A DNA stretch of 64,000 nucleotides from Candidatus Krumholzibacteriia bacterium (lineage in GTDB: Bacteria; Krumholzibacteriota; Krumholzibacteriia; Krumholzibacteriales; Krumholzibacteriaceae). Position 1 is the stretch's first letter. Each line of letters starts with the position of its first letter. Under the pieces are notes generated by a model. That model was not told where the DNA came from, made no database searches, and was given only the letters and a program-made list of their open reading frames with translations. Where the stretch lies: contig CAWIIQ010000001.1 in assembly GCA_963836185.1 (NCBI GenBank), forward strand, positions 384,001-448,000, read 5' to 3'. Both the position numbers and the translations under genes were made by a program. Shown here piece by piece: positions 1-10,324 of the stretch.

Positions 1-3000
1 GACAGCACCGGCAGGGTTCCCTTCGCTCAGAGAACCGATGCTGACGGAAAAATACTCTGGACGATCGGTGGAGAAGCGATAGGCATTGGAACCTATTTCA
101 CACAAGGGACAAAAGCAATTTCCGATGGGGCTGGTGGAGCGATCATAGTCTATCAGGATTCTCGCAGCGGCACTTCGAGCCTTTATGCACAAAGGATAGA
201 TTCCGATGCAGAGGTTCAGTGGACTGCCGGGGGTGTTCAGGTGTGCACATATCCGGTTTCTATGAGCATTCCCATGATTGAGTCTGATGGAGATGGTGGC
301 GTGATCATCATATGGAAGGATTCGCGCAACGGTAATTCCGACATCTTTGCGCAGCGGATCAACGCATCAGGTTCGGTCCAGTGGGCTGCGGAAGGTGTGT
401 CGATCTGCACGGCAACTGGGACTCAAAATAATTTTGGTATCGTATCGGATGGAGCTGGTGGCGCCGTTGTCGCATGGACCGATCGCCGCAGTGTGACAAA
501 CGATCATATATATGCACAGCGCATAAACGCTTCTGGAACGGTCCAATGGACTGTAGATGGCAATCCGCTCTGTACCGTGGCTGGTTATAAGAATTTCGCC
601 AAGACCACTACCGATGAGGCGGGCGGGGCGATTGTCGTGTGGGAGGACAACCGTGATGGAAGCAGTACAAGGCATATTTACGCACAGAGAGTGAACTCCG
701 CAGGAGCGGTCCAGTGGGTCGCAGATGCTGTTGCAATATGTTCTGTTGCAAGTACCAAGACAAATCACCAGATTATTTCTGATGGTATGGGTGGGGCAAT
801 TTTCTCCTGGGCGGATCTGCGGAATGGAAATTATGACATATATGCCCAGCGTGTTGATGCCGCTGGAACTGTGCATTGGACAACCGACGGTTTTCCTGTT
901 TGTACCAATGTGGAAACTCAGATCAATCCCTTCCCCGTGCCCGACGGATCGGGCGGAGTTGTCATCAGCTGGTCGGATCAGAGACCTTCTGGTGTAAACG
1001 AAGATATCTACGCGCAGCGTGTAAATGTATCCGGAACTGCGCAATGGGCGACGGATGGCGTGCCGGTCTGTTCAGGATTCGGGAGTGGCAGGGATTATTG
1101 CAGCGGCATATCTGATAGTGCGGGTGGTGCGTTCATCGTCTGGCTTGATGAGCGATATCCTTATCCCGGGATATATTCCCAGCGGATCGATGGTTCCGGT
1201 TCGCAGCTGTGGAGCACGGAAGGTACGGGCGTATGTATCGAGGTATGTTATCAGGCTGATTCGCAGATTCTTTCGGACGGAGCAGGAGGATCCTTTGTGA
1301 CTTGGACCGACCGGCGCGACGTGACCCTCAGCGACATATATATCCAGTTGATGGATGCTTCCGGAGAGGCTCAGTGGGGCAAGGATGGTCTCCCGCTCTG
1401 CGCGGAACCAGGAAATCAGAACTTCCCTCAGATTGTGTCGGATGGATCAGGCGGAGTCATAGTTACATGGCAAGACGATTCGGATGCCATTTATGCACAG
1501 AGAATAGACGCATCGGGAACGATTATATGGGCGTCAAGCGGCGTTGCGGTATCGGCAGCTGCAGGCTATGAGATGTTTCCCAGGGCGGTTTTTGACGATT
1601 CCGGAGGTGCAATCATAGTTTGGGGAGATAACAGGAATGGAAACTATGATATCTACATTCAGCGTATAGATGCCGATGGTATCAAGCAATGGACGGTCGA
1701 TGGAGTGCCTGTCTGTACAGATTTGGGCCATCAGCTGAATTTCGAGGTGATTTCGGACTCAGTCGGCGGGGCGATAGTAACATGGGAAGACTGGCGAAGC
1801 GGAACGCGTGATATATATGCCCAACGGATAAATTCCTCGGGAGCGGTCCAGTGGACGGTTGACGGCATTCCCGTCTGCGCGGCGACAGGCCATCAGTTAG
1901 AAGCAAGGCTGGCGACGGATGGATCAGGAGGTGCTTTTATAACATGGCAGGACGGGCGTGGCAGTGTCTACGAAATATACGCACAACGTATAAATAGCGC
2001 GGGAACGGTTCAGTGGGCGGTGGACGGGGTCGATGTGAGCGTGTGGGAATTTGACCATCAGTACAGTCCGGAAATCCTTGCCGACGGTTCAGGCGGTGCA
2101 TTTATCGCATGGCAGAATTACAACACCGCTGAGTACTATGCCCATGTTTACGCTCAACACATCGATGCAGCGGGAACAACAGGGTGGGGAGCTTTGGGCA
2201 ACCCCGTTTGTACAGTTGAGAATACGACACCGGCTATAAAACTTGCCGCCGATGGTGACGGAGGGGCGATCATAACATGGATCGGTTCCGGAAGCATTCC
2301 AGCCAGTATCTCTGCTCAGCGTATAGATATCTCCGGAGTCGTGCAGTGGGCGACTGATGGAATTCCTGTGAGCACTGAACTTGAGTCTGTGGAGGGTCAT
2401 CAGGTCGTATCGGATGGATCGGGCGGGGCGTTCATATCGTGGACGGGGGGAGTATCCACAGATGTCAGGATTTATCTGCAGTGGCTGACTGATTTTGGCC
2501 TGGGCCCGGTCTGCAAAGTATATCCCGAAGAAATAGTAATTCCCGGAAGTGTAGAGACAGGCGCTTATTTCGACACTACATTCAGCATCACAAATATTGG
2601 ATTGGGAACGCTTCAGGGATATGTCAGTGCGACATGTGATGGCTTCGAACTGATGTCGGGCGAAGGCTCCTTCGGTCTGTTGCATGGACAGACCCGGGTC
2701 GTATCAGTCAGGTTTGAACCTGCATCTTCCGGCTCATATCAGTGTACGGTCGAGACGGGAACGCATTTCTGCAGCGATGTTTCTGTCAGCGGCAGGGCAT
2801 ATAGCTGTCCACCTGATTCGGTGTTTTATGTCGATGCCGATGCTTCCGGGGCTGATGATGGCACATCCTGGATGGATGCGTTTGCCAGCTTGAGTGACGC
2901 GTTGGCGGTTGTGCCGCTGTGCCCTTCGGGCACGCAGGTCTGGGTCGCCGAGGGGACGTACCTGCCTGCGAACACGACTGGGCGGGACGCGACTTTCCAG

Positions 3001-5358
3001 CTGGTCAGTGGAGTGGTGGTCTACGGCGGATTTGACGGGACCGAGACGGTTCTCTCGCAGCGGGATTATTCAGCGAACGAGACGATCCTCAGTGGGGATA
3101 TCGGTGTTCTGGACGATACTTCCGACAACTGCTATCACGTAGTCACGGGTACGGGAACTGACACAACGGCCGTACTGGACGGAATCGTCGTCGAGAAGGG
3201 AAACGCGAGCCTGACTACTTTGCCGGACTGTTCCGGTGGAGGATTAACGAACTACCAGGGAAGCGCAACGGTAAGAAACTGCGTTTTCAGGAATAACAGT
3301 GCCTATTTGCACGCAGCGGGAATTTACTGCCAGCAGGGCGAACTGCGCGTACTCAACACGGTATTGGAAGACAATACCGCCGGACACTCGGGAGGAGGTG
3401 TCTATTGCAGCGACGCAACGACGTCGTTGATCGATGTTATCTGCCGCAGGAACGACGCGAACTTCGGCGGAGGATTGAGACATGGAAACGGAGCTCTGAC
3501 AATTGTAAATGCCGTCTTTTATTCAAACACCGGGTTTCAGGTCGGGGGAGGCATCTACATCTCCCATGCGTCTCCCGGATCTAAGATCGTGAACGTGAGT
3601 ATTAACTCAAACGTTGCCTGGAACGACGCCGGCGGAATCTACAACTATGCCTGCTACGACCAGCTCGAGCTGGTGAATGTGATCGCGTGGGGCAATACGG
3701 CGCCAACGCCTGAGATCCTGAACAGTTATTCCACACCGGAAATCTCGCATTCACTCATAGACGGATGCGGAGGTAGTGGGGGTGGATGGGATGCATCGTT
3801 CGGCACTGACGGCGGTGGCAACCTCGATGCTGATCCGCTCTTTTTCTCGGAGGCTGGTGGTGATCTGCGGCTTATGACCGGATCGCCCGCCCTGGACGCC
3901 GGCGACGGTACTGTCCCCGGTCTGCCTTCTACAGATATCACGGGCGCATCGAGGGTGCAGGGGCTCGAGGTAGATATGGGAGCGTACGAGGGTGCGACCG
4001 ATCCCGGCAACGTGAGGGTGACGACCAGCCCGGAAGGACTGGATCTGCTGGTGGACGGTGAATCACGGACCGGACCTTTCGATACAGTCATGGCAGTTGG
4101 AAGCGAGTTATCGATATCCGCGCCTTCGCCGCAGCCTTCCGGGGACTATGTGTACATGTTCACAAACTGGAGCGACGGGGGAGCCGCTTCGCACACCGTG
4201 ACTGCCGCGAACGCGGATACGACATTCACGGCGTATTTCGCGCAGCTGGCCGCGTTTGCGCTTGTCGATTCGATCGTCGATGTGCCGGACGACCAGGGAG
4301 GATGGGCGAGGATCTTTTTCTCGAGATCATACTACGACGATGCGGGCGAGGCGACTTACCCGATCGCGCGGTACGATATCCACCGGCGGATGGATGATAT
4401 CGGACTGGCCGCGGAGGTGATCGAGAAAGGTGAGACGATCATCGACCAGGCAGCAGTCCGCCTGCCCGACGGGAGCGAGGCGCTTCTCGCGCCGCCTGCG
4501 GATGAAGCGGGTGCGAGATACATCTCGTACGATGATCGTTTCTTCCTCGAGATAAAAGATGGTGAGCGGGAGATTATGCTCGCGCCTCCCGGCCTCTGGG
4601 AGGTTCTCGGCAACGTCTCGGCGATGCAGCAGGACAACTACGTTTACCTCGCGCCGACGCTGGCCGATTCCATGGCGACATTGACCTACACGGCCTTCTA
4701 CATCTCGGCGCATTCGACGACCCCGGCTGTCTACTTCGAGAGCCCGCCCGACAGCGGGTACTCGGTCGACAATATCGCGCCGGGCGTTCCGCTGGGACTT
4801 GCCGTCGCCTACAACACAGGCAGCGGGAACCAGCTCACCTGGGATCCAAGCGGTGAACCTGACTTCCAGTATTACCGGATCTACCGGGGTGCCGAAGAGA
4901 GCTTTGTTCCCGTGCCGGGGACGGAGGTCCACTCGACGGCCGATCCGTACTGGACCGACCCCGAACTCGACGGCTCAGGAGTCCACTACAAGGTCACAGC
5001 CGTCGATCACGCGGGGAACGAGAGCCCCGCTGCTTCGCCGTCTGTGACTACCGACAGCGGCGATCCGGGAGTGCCGAAGGCGTTCGCGCTGGGGCAGAAC
5101 GTCCCGAACCCGTTCAATCCGTCGACGACCATCTACTTCGACGTGCCCGGCGGCGGGGGAAATGTCTCGATACGGGTATTCGATGTGTCGGGCCGGCTCG
5201 TGCGGGCGCTGGTGGACGGCCGCCAGCCTGCCGGGTCGAAGTCTGTCACATGGAGCGGCACGAACGACCGGGGGCAGCGTGTCTCGAGCGGGATCTACTT
5301 CTACCGGATGACGGCGCCGGGGTTCACGCAGACAAGGAAGATGGTTCTTCTGCGTTGA
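1..5358 (+). CDS. Large secreted modular protein (5'-truncated by window): >=15 beta-propeller-type repeats, ASH/Ig-like domain, right-handed beta-helix, conserved pre-CTD module and FlgD-Ig/T9SS-like C-terminal domain
   Basis: Frame is open from base 1 (DSTGRVPFAQRTDADGKILW...). About 55-aa repeats SDGxGGAxxxWxDxR...DIYAQRIDxxGxxxW; GGG-rich beta-helix ending in VDMGAYE; C-terminus QNVPNPFNPSTTI...RKMVLLR. Confidence 0.9.
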   Translation, partial: DSTGRVPFAQRTDADGKILWTIGGEAIGIGTYFTQGTKAISDGAGGAIIVYQDSRSGTSSLYAQRIDSDAEVQWTAGGVQVCTYPVSMSIPMIESDGDGGVIIIWKDSRNGNSDIFAQRINASGSVQWAAEGVSICTATGTQNNFGIVSDGAGGAVVAWTDRRSVTNDHIYAQRINASGTVQWTVDGNPLCTVAGYKNFAKTTTDEAGGAIVVWEDNRDGSSTRHIYAQRVNSAGAVQWVADAVAICSVASTKTNHQIISDGMGGAIFSWADLRNGNYDIYAQRVDAAGTVHWTTDGFPVCTNVETQINPFPVPDGSGGVVISWSDQRPSGVNEDIYAQRVNVSGTAQWATDGVPVCSGFGSGRDYCSGISDSAGGAFIVWLDERYPYPGIYSQRIDGSGSQLWSTEGTGVCIEVCYQADSQILSDGAGGSFVTWTDRRDVTLSDIYIQLMDASGEAQWGKDGLPLCAEPGNQNFPQIVSDGSGGVIVTWQDDSDAIYAQRIDASGTIIWASSGVAVSAAAGYEMFPRAVFDDSGGAIIVWGDNRNGNYDIYIQRIDADGIKQWTVDGVPVCTDLGHQLNFEVISDSVGGAIVTWEDWRSGTRDIYAQRINSSGAVQWTVDGIPVCAATGHQLEARLATDGSGGAFITWQDGRGSVYEIYAQRINSAGTVQWAVDGVDVSVWEFDHQYSPEILADGSGGAFIAWQNYNTAEYYAHVYAQHIDAAGTTGWGALGNPVCTVENTTPAIKLAADGDGGAIITWIGSGSIPASISAQRIDISGVVQWATDGIPVSTELESVEGHQVVSDGSGGAFISWTGGVSTDVRIYLQWLTDFGLGPVCKVYPEEIVIPGSVETGAYFDTTFSITNIGLGTLQGYVSATCDGFELMSGEGSFGLLHGQTRVVSVRFEPASSGSYQCTVETGTHFCSDVSVSGRAYSCPPDSVFYVDADASGADDGTSWMDAFASLSDALAVVPLCPSGTQVWVAEGTYLPANTTGRDATFQLVSGVVVYGGFDGTETVLSQRDYSANETILSGDIGVLDDTSDNCYHVVTGTGTDTTAVLDGIVVEKGNASLTTLPDCSGGGLTNYQGSATVRNCVFRNNSAYLHAAGIYCQQGELRVLNTVLEDNTAGHSGGGVYCSDATTSLIDVICRRNDANFGGGLRHGNGALTIVNAVFYSNTGFQVGGGIYISHASPGSKIVNVSINSNVAWNDAGGIYNYACYDQLELVNVIAWGNTAPTPEILNSYSTPEISHSLIDGCGGSGGGWDASFGTDGGGNLDADPLFFSEAGGDLRLMTGSPALDAGDGTVPGLPSTDITGASRVQGLEVDMGAYEGATDPGNVRVTTSPEGLDLLVDGESRTGPFDTVMAVGSELSISAPSPQPSGDYVYMFTNWSDGGAASHTVTAANADTTFTAYFAQLAAFALVDSIVDVPDDQGGWARIFFSRSYYDDAGEATYPIARYDIHRRMDDIGLAAEVIEKGETIIDQAAVRLPDGSEALLAPPADEAGARYISYDDRFFLEIKDGEREIMLAPPGLWEVLGNVSAMQQDNYVYLAPTLADSMATLTYTAFYISAHSTTPAVYFESPPDSGYSVDNIAPGVPLGLAVAYNTGSGNQLTWDPSGEPDFQYYRIYRGAEESFVPVPGTEVHSTADPYWTDPELDGSGVHYKVTAVDHAGNESPAASPSVTTDSGDPGVPKAFALGQNVPNPFNPSTTIYFDVPGGGGNVSIRVFDVSGRLVRALVDGRQPAGSKSVTWSGTNDRGQRVSSGIYFYRMTAPGFTQTRKMVLLR

Positions 5359-5379
5359 TCAACTGCCGGAAGGCACATC

Positions 5380-5408
5380 TTGACACCCGTTGAGAATGGG
5401 AATATCGT
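5380..5408 (+). promoter_or_regulatory. Putative sigma70 promoter for the DUF4230 operon
   Basis: TTGACA(5380)-N17-TATCGT(5403), about 30 bp upstream of ATG 5441. Confidence 0.45.
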
Positions 5409-5440
5409 TTCCGGAGTCTTAGTGAAAAGGAATTATAGAT

Positions 5441-6325
5441 ATGGAAACAGTATTCCTGTCCGGTGCATTCGGTTTTCTGATCGCGGTCGCGGTCTATATC
5501 GCCTTCCGGGTCCTGAAGAAAAGACGGGGTTCGTCGGGGCCGTCGGTGAATGTATTCTCGTCTATCGAGCATATACGATCGGTCGGAGAGCTGGTCGTCT
5601 TCAAGATAGTGACAAAGGAGATCGTCACGACCGCTGAGCACTGGTTCGGCGAGACGGGAAAGAAATACTTCAAATGGCTCGTCTCCGCCAAGAAGATGGC
5701 GATGATCTTCGAATTCGAGATCGATTTCCGGTACGATCTCAGGAGCCCGGACTTCATCATCGAGGAGAAGAAGAACGGGCAGCCACTACTGAAGATGCCG
5801 AAGTGCCTCTACGAAGTTCATATCCGCGACATCAATTTCTACGACGAGCAGAGCGCGAAGCTTCTGCCGTGGCTTCTGCCCGGACTGCTCACGAATGCTT
5901 TCGGGACCGGGTCCACCGAGGAGGACAAGAACCGCCTCAAGGAAGAGGCCAAACAGCAGGCGGCGCTTATGGCGGGGCAGCTTGTCCAGAATATGAGGAC
6001 CGAGGTCCAGAACTCGGCCCGGAAGACACTGGAAGCGCTTGCGAGGAATTTCGGCGCGCAGCATGTGGACTTCGATTTCACGCACGCCGACCTGATCCGT
6101 TCCAAGGTCGAGGCTGCCGTGCGGGAAGTGACGGAGGGAAAGATAGAACAAGGAGGGATTCAGGTTGGATCCGACCCGGTTAGATTTCTGGATAGCGGTC
6201 GCGGTAGCCAGCCTGTGCGGCGCCGCTATCGGAGTCGAGCGCCAGCTTCGCGGCAAGCCTGCCGGTATCCGCACGAGCATCATGATCTGCCTGGGCACGA
6301 TGGTATTTGTCCGTCTTGGCAGTGA
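5441..6325 (+). CDS. DUF4230-domain membrane-anchored protein (true stop probably near 6150; read-through into the next gene is likely an indel)
   Basis: N-terminal TM, then IRSVGELVVFK...FEIDFRYDL...A(Q)NSARKTLEAL pattern typical of DUF4230. The 161-bp overlap with the next gene and its RBS is suspicious. Confidence 0.7.
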   Translation: METVFLSGAFGFLIAVAVYIAFRVLKKRRGSSGPSVNVFSSIEHIRSVGELVVFKIVTKEIVTTAEHWFGETGKKYFKWLVSAKKMAMIFEFEIDFRYDLRSPDFIIEEKKNGQPLLKMPKCLYEVHIRDINFYDEQSAKLLPWLLPGLLTNAFGTGSTEEDKNRLKEEAKQQAALMAGQLVQNMRTEVQNSARKTLEALARNFGAQHVDFDFTHADLIRSKVEAAVREVTEGKIEQGGIQVGSDPVRFLDSGRGSQPVRRRYRSRAPASRQACRYPHEHHDLPGHDGICPSWQ

Positions 6326-6635
6326 AGTCGCTGGTACGTCCGGCGACACTACCCGGGTACTGGGGCAGGTCGTTACAGGGGTAGGGTTTATCGGGGCCGG
6401 CGTGATGCTTGCGCGTGAGGGGCTCGTCAGGGGTGTCACCTCCGCATCGGTGATATGGATGCTGGCGGCGATAGGCTCGCTCGTAGGGTTCGGGCGTAAC
6501 AGCGCAGCTCTGGTGATTACATTTCTTGTGCTTATGGTCTTGACCGGGGTCCAGATTCTCGAGCGCGCGGTGCGGCGCCTTCGGCGCGGTGATTACGCGA
6601 GGGAGGCAGACAGCGAGAACCGGGACGAGGGCTAG
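6165..6635 (+). CDS. MgtC/SapB family membrane protein
   Basis: IGVERQLRGKPAGIRT...QVVTGVGFIGAGV...GVTSASVIW motifs; AAGGAGG RBS at about 6150. Confidence 0.9.
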   Translation: MDPTRLDFWIAVAVASLCGAAIGVERQLRGKPAGIRTSIMICLGTMVFVRLGSEVAGTSGDTTRVLGQVVTGVGFIGAGVMLAREGLVRGVTSASVIWMLAAIGSLVGFGRNSAALVITFLVLMVLTGVQILERAVRRLRRGDYAREADSENRDEG

Positions 6636-6682
6636 TGTGTGCGATCTTGAATACAGGGAGTGAACGCTTGACCAGACAACCG

Positions 6683-8233
6683 ATGAAGATTACGACCCGG
6701 AAGTGGCGCCTCGAGGATATCCCCGGGATCATCGAATGCAGCAAGGCCGCGTATGGGGACTATCCCGATGAGGATATGGAGACGCCGCGCCAGTACAAGA
6801 TGCAGTTCACTGCTTTCCCGCAGGGCCAGTTCGTCGCTGTCTGCGGCAAAAGAATCGTCGGGTACGCCACGAGCCTGATCGTCAGTATCGATGATGAGTT
6901 CTGGTACGACGTCGACGAGCTGACCGGGGCAGGCACCTTCAGCACGCACAACCCCGACGGCGACACCCTATACGGAGCCGATATCGCCGTCCATCCCGAC
7001 TTTCGGCGTCGCGGCGTAGCCACGCTGCTCTACAAGCGGAGACGGAGCCTCGTCAAACGGAACAACCTCAGAAGGATGATCGCCTACGGAAGGATCCCGG
7101 GGTATAAGAACTATGCCGGGAAGATGAGCGCGGAGCAGTACGTCGCGAAGGTCATTGATGGAGAATTGCAGGACTCCGCCCTGAACACCCACCTGAATGC
7201 AGGATACAAGGTCAAAAAGGTCCAGCTCGACATCACCGTGGACCGCTCGAGCCTGAACTACTCCACGTTCCTCATCATGGACAATCCCGATTTCAACCTC
7301 GCCAAGAAGAATATATCGTCGGCCGTCTTTCCCAAGATCCAGGCGCGCAGGGTCAGGGTGTGCGCGGCTCAATACAATATGCGAGCCATCAAGTCTTTCG
7401 AGGAACTGGAAGGTTCGGTGGAGTTTTTCGCGGATACGGCCGATTCCCATCACTCCCATTTCCTGCTGTTTCCGGAGTATTTCACGTACCAGCTTCTGAG
7501 CTACAAGAAGCGGCTCACTATGAAAGAGGCCGCAGCGGAGCTGGCAAAATATACCGACCGGTACATCGATATGTTCAAAAGGTTCGCGAACAAGTACAAC
7601 ACGTACATCATCGGCGGGTCCCATCCTGTATTGAGAGACGGCAAATATTACAACACCGCCCACCTGTTCACGCCGTCCGGCAACGTCTACACGCAGGACA
7701 AGCTGCACATAACTCCGTCTGAACGCAACGAGGGCGGCATCGAGCCGGGCACAGCCATCCGCATCTTCCGCACCCCTCTGGCCAGGATAGCGATCCAGGT
7801 CTGCTACGACATAGAGTTTCCCGAGGTGTCGCGCCTTCTGACCCTCGCCGGGGTGGAGATCATATTCGTGCCTTTCTTCACCGAGGAGAAAAAGGCTTAC
7901 TACCGCGTGAGGCACTGCGCGCAGGCCAGGGCCGTCGAGAATTTCGTCTATGTAGTGATGACGGGGAACGTCGGCAACATGAGGACCGAATCCGGCTCTT
8001 TCATGAACTACAGCCAGGCGGCCATTCTCACTCCCAGCGATTTCTCATTTCCGGAGAAGGGAGTGGAAGGAGTGGCCGATCCCAACGTGGAAGCCGTTGT
8101 CATCTCGGAACTCGCGCTGTCTTCACTGTCCCAGCAGCGGCACGTGGCGTCTGTAAGGCCGCTGCACGACATGCGCCCTGACCTCTACGAGCTGAGCCCG
8201 AAGAACAAGATCGAGATCATCACCGTCGAATGA
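6683..8233 (+). CDS. Bifunctional GNAT acetyltransferase / carbon-nitrogen hydrolase (nitrilase family)
   Basis: N-terminal AVHPDFRRRGVA acetyl-CoA motif; C-terminal FPEY, DKLHITPSE and VCYDIEFPE (Glu-Lys-Cys triad). Confidence 0.9.
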   Translation: MKITTRKWRLEDIPGIIECSKAAYGDYPDEDMETPRQYKMQFTAFPQGQFVAVCGKRIVGYATSLIVSIDDEFWYDVDELTGAGTFSTHNPDGDTLYGADIAVHPDFRRRGVATLLYKRRRSLVKRNNLRRMIAYGRIPGYKNYAGKMSAEQYVAKVIDGELQDSALNTHLNAGYKVKKVQLDITVDRSSLNYSTFLIMDNPDFNLAKKNISSAVFPKIQARRVRVCAAQYNMRAIKSFEELEGSVEFFADTADSHHSHFLLFPEYFTYQLLSYKKRLTMKEAAAELAKYTDRYIDMFKRFANKYNTYIIGGSHPVLRDGKYYNTAHLFTPSGNVYTQDKLHITPSERNEGGIEPGTAIRIFRTPLARIAIQVCYDIEFPEVSRLLTLAGVEIIFVPFFTEEKKAYYRVRHCAQARAVENFVYVVMTGNVGNMRTESGSFMNYSQAAILTPSDFSFPEKGVEGVADPNVEAVVISELALSSLSQQRHVASVRPLHDMRPDLYELSPKNKIEIITVE

Positions 8234-8268
8234 TCACTGGGGGAACCCCTGCCCGGTCGTGTGTCCGG

Positions 8269-10104
8269 TTACAGGCCTTCCAGAACCTTCGCATCGACCC
8301 AGAAGATATCGCTCGTCTGGCTCTTCTGCGAGATGAAGAAGAGATACTTCCCGTCGGGAGAGAGCATCGGGCACTGGTCGTGTGTGGTCGTGTTTACTCC
8401 TTCGCCGAGGTTGACCGGCTCTGTCCAGCCGCCTTTCCCGTCGGCTCGGCTCATGTAGATATCGCCGCCACCTACGGAGTTCTCACGCCCCATGCTGTTG
8501 AACAGCAGCATGCTGCCGTCGGGCGTGACGTAGGGCGATCCTTCACTTGCCTCGGTGCAGACAGGTTCGCCGAGGTTCACCGGCTCTCCGTATGTATCAC
8601 CGTCGAGTCTCATCATGTAGATGTCGCCCATGCCCCTCGAGTCGGGGCCGCGTCCACCGAAGTAGATCGTACCGTCATCCGTGACGGCGAACTGCCAGTG
8701 TATGTCGATCGCTCCATGCTTTCCCTCGACAAGGCGTGCGTCAGACCAGCCGTCGCCCTTGCGCTCGACGTACCAGATCCTCTCATTACCTTGTTCTTCT
8801 CCATCCAGCGACCTTCTCGATATGAAGTAGAGTGTCTGGCCGTCGGGGGCGAAGAAGGGAACGTCGCCGGAGTATTCATCTACTTTGGAGAAAGGTTCAA
8901 AGCGCGGCTTCGTCCATCTGCCGTTTTCGATCACGGGTTCCCATGATCGAGCCAGTCGAGTAGCCGGTATCCTTGACCATGAACGATGTCGTCCAGTATG
9001 CCTCGTCGCCGGCGGGGGAGAAGGTGATGCAGCCATGCTCGCCGTCGCAGGTGGACGCGATCCCTGCGGCGAAGACCTCGGGGACCATGCCGGGGGGCTT
9101 CTGGCCGAGGTACTTGCCCTTCAGAACGGGGAACTGCGGGGGAGAAGTCGGTGCGCCCGCTTCCGCGAGGATGCCCGCGGTCTCTGTCGTGGTGCCATTT
9201 ATCGGCAATGTTCCATGGAGTATCGCCTGCCATTGTCACGACCTCGAGGAAAGCCCCCTTAGAGATGAGCAACTCAATGACCTCGTCGCGTCCCCTCTTG
9301 GCTGCGTAATGGACAGGGGCGTATCCGTACATGTCCTGACCGTTGATTTCGAGACCATGGTCGAGGAGGGTAGCCGTTATCTCAGCCGAGCCGCCCAGCG
9401 CTGCCGAATGCAGCTTCGTCCATCCTGTGTCGGTAGTGGATGTGAAATCAGCGCCGTTCGCCTCAAGCACAGCGAAAAGCCTGGGGAGACCCTTCTTTAC
9501 CGAGTACTCGACGAGCTGCGCGCCGCGAGGTCCGTCGATCGGAGTCTCCGCTCCCCGGTCGAGGAAGAGATTCACCTGTCCCTCGAACCCGCGCCAGGCC
9601 GACAGCACGATCGGCGTATCGTCGAAGCGGTCGGCGGCGTTGACGTTGGCGCCGTGGTCGAGGAGCAGGCGGGCCATCTCGACGTCTCCCGTCTCTCTGG
9701 CGCAGATCAGCAGGGGAGTGCGGCCGTAATCGTCGGGGATCTCCGTGTCGGCGCCAGCTTCGAGCAGGACCCTGGCGGCTCTCATGCTGGTTGCGAACGG
9801 AGGCGTAGCGAAGGGGAGTGAAATCTTCCTGGTTCTGCACATCGAGCGGCGCGCCCTGCGCGATCAGGAAACTTGTGATATCTGCTTTTCCATAGGCGGC
9901 GGAATAATGCAGGGGAGTATTGCCCGAATCATCCGGTATTTCGATCAGGACCGGGTCTCTTTCAAGCATGAGCCGCACCGCGTCCATGTCCCCCTCTTCG
10001 ATCGCCTCGAATATATTTTCGCCCTGGGCCAGTGCGACCATTGCGATCGCTACCAGGATCACCAGTATAACTGTAACGAAGAACATGATTTTGACACTCT
10101 TCAT
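8269..10104 (-). CDS. Secreted ankyrin-repeat + PD40 (TolB-like WD40) protein; split by about 3 frameshifts
   Basis: Joined ORFs 9463-10212, 8931-9842, 8897-9208 and 8269-9036. Signal peptide MKSVKIMFF...ALAQ, TPLH ankyrin repeats, then YLGQKPPG..PEVFA and FAPDG/VTPDG/LSPDGKYLFF PD40 repeats. Confidence 0.8.
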
Positions 10105-10159
10105 GGCCTTTACTCCCTCTGAGCTGGATCTCGAATACGGATCCCTGAGCTCTGCCGGT

Positions 10160-10212
10160 ATGTTAACCACTTCACATGTTAAAAATTTAACATCTTGGGC
10201 GGGGTGCGTCAA
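10160..10212. promoter_or_regulatory. Tandem palindromic operator overlapping a minus-strand sigma70-like promoter
   Basis: Perfect ATGTTAAA-AA-TTTAACAT at 10176-10193 plus imperfect ATGTTAA-N4-TTCACAT at 10160-10177; minus-strand TTGACG-N17-TAAATT (10212-10184). Confidence 0.6.
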
Positions 10213-10324
10213 GGGGATTTTAGCAGAATCGCTGGATTTATATCATTGATGAAGCGATTAATCGGGGATATCCTCTTCTGGAATTCCCCGCCTGACCCCG
10301 TAACTGATTAATGGAGGCGTTGCT

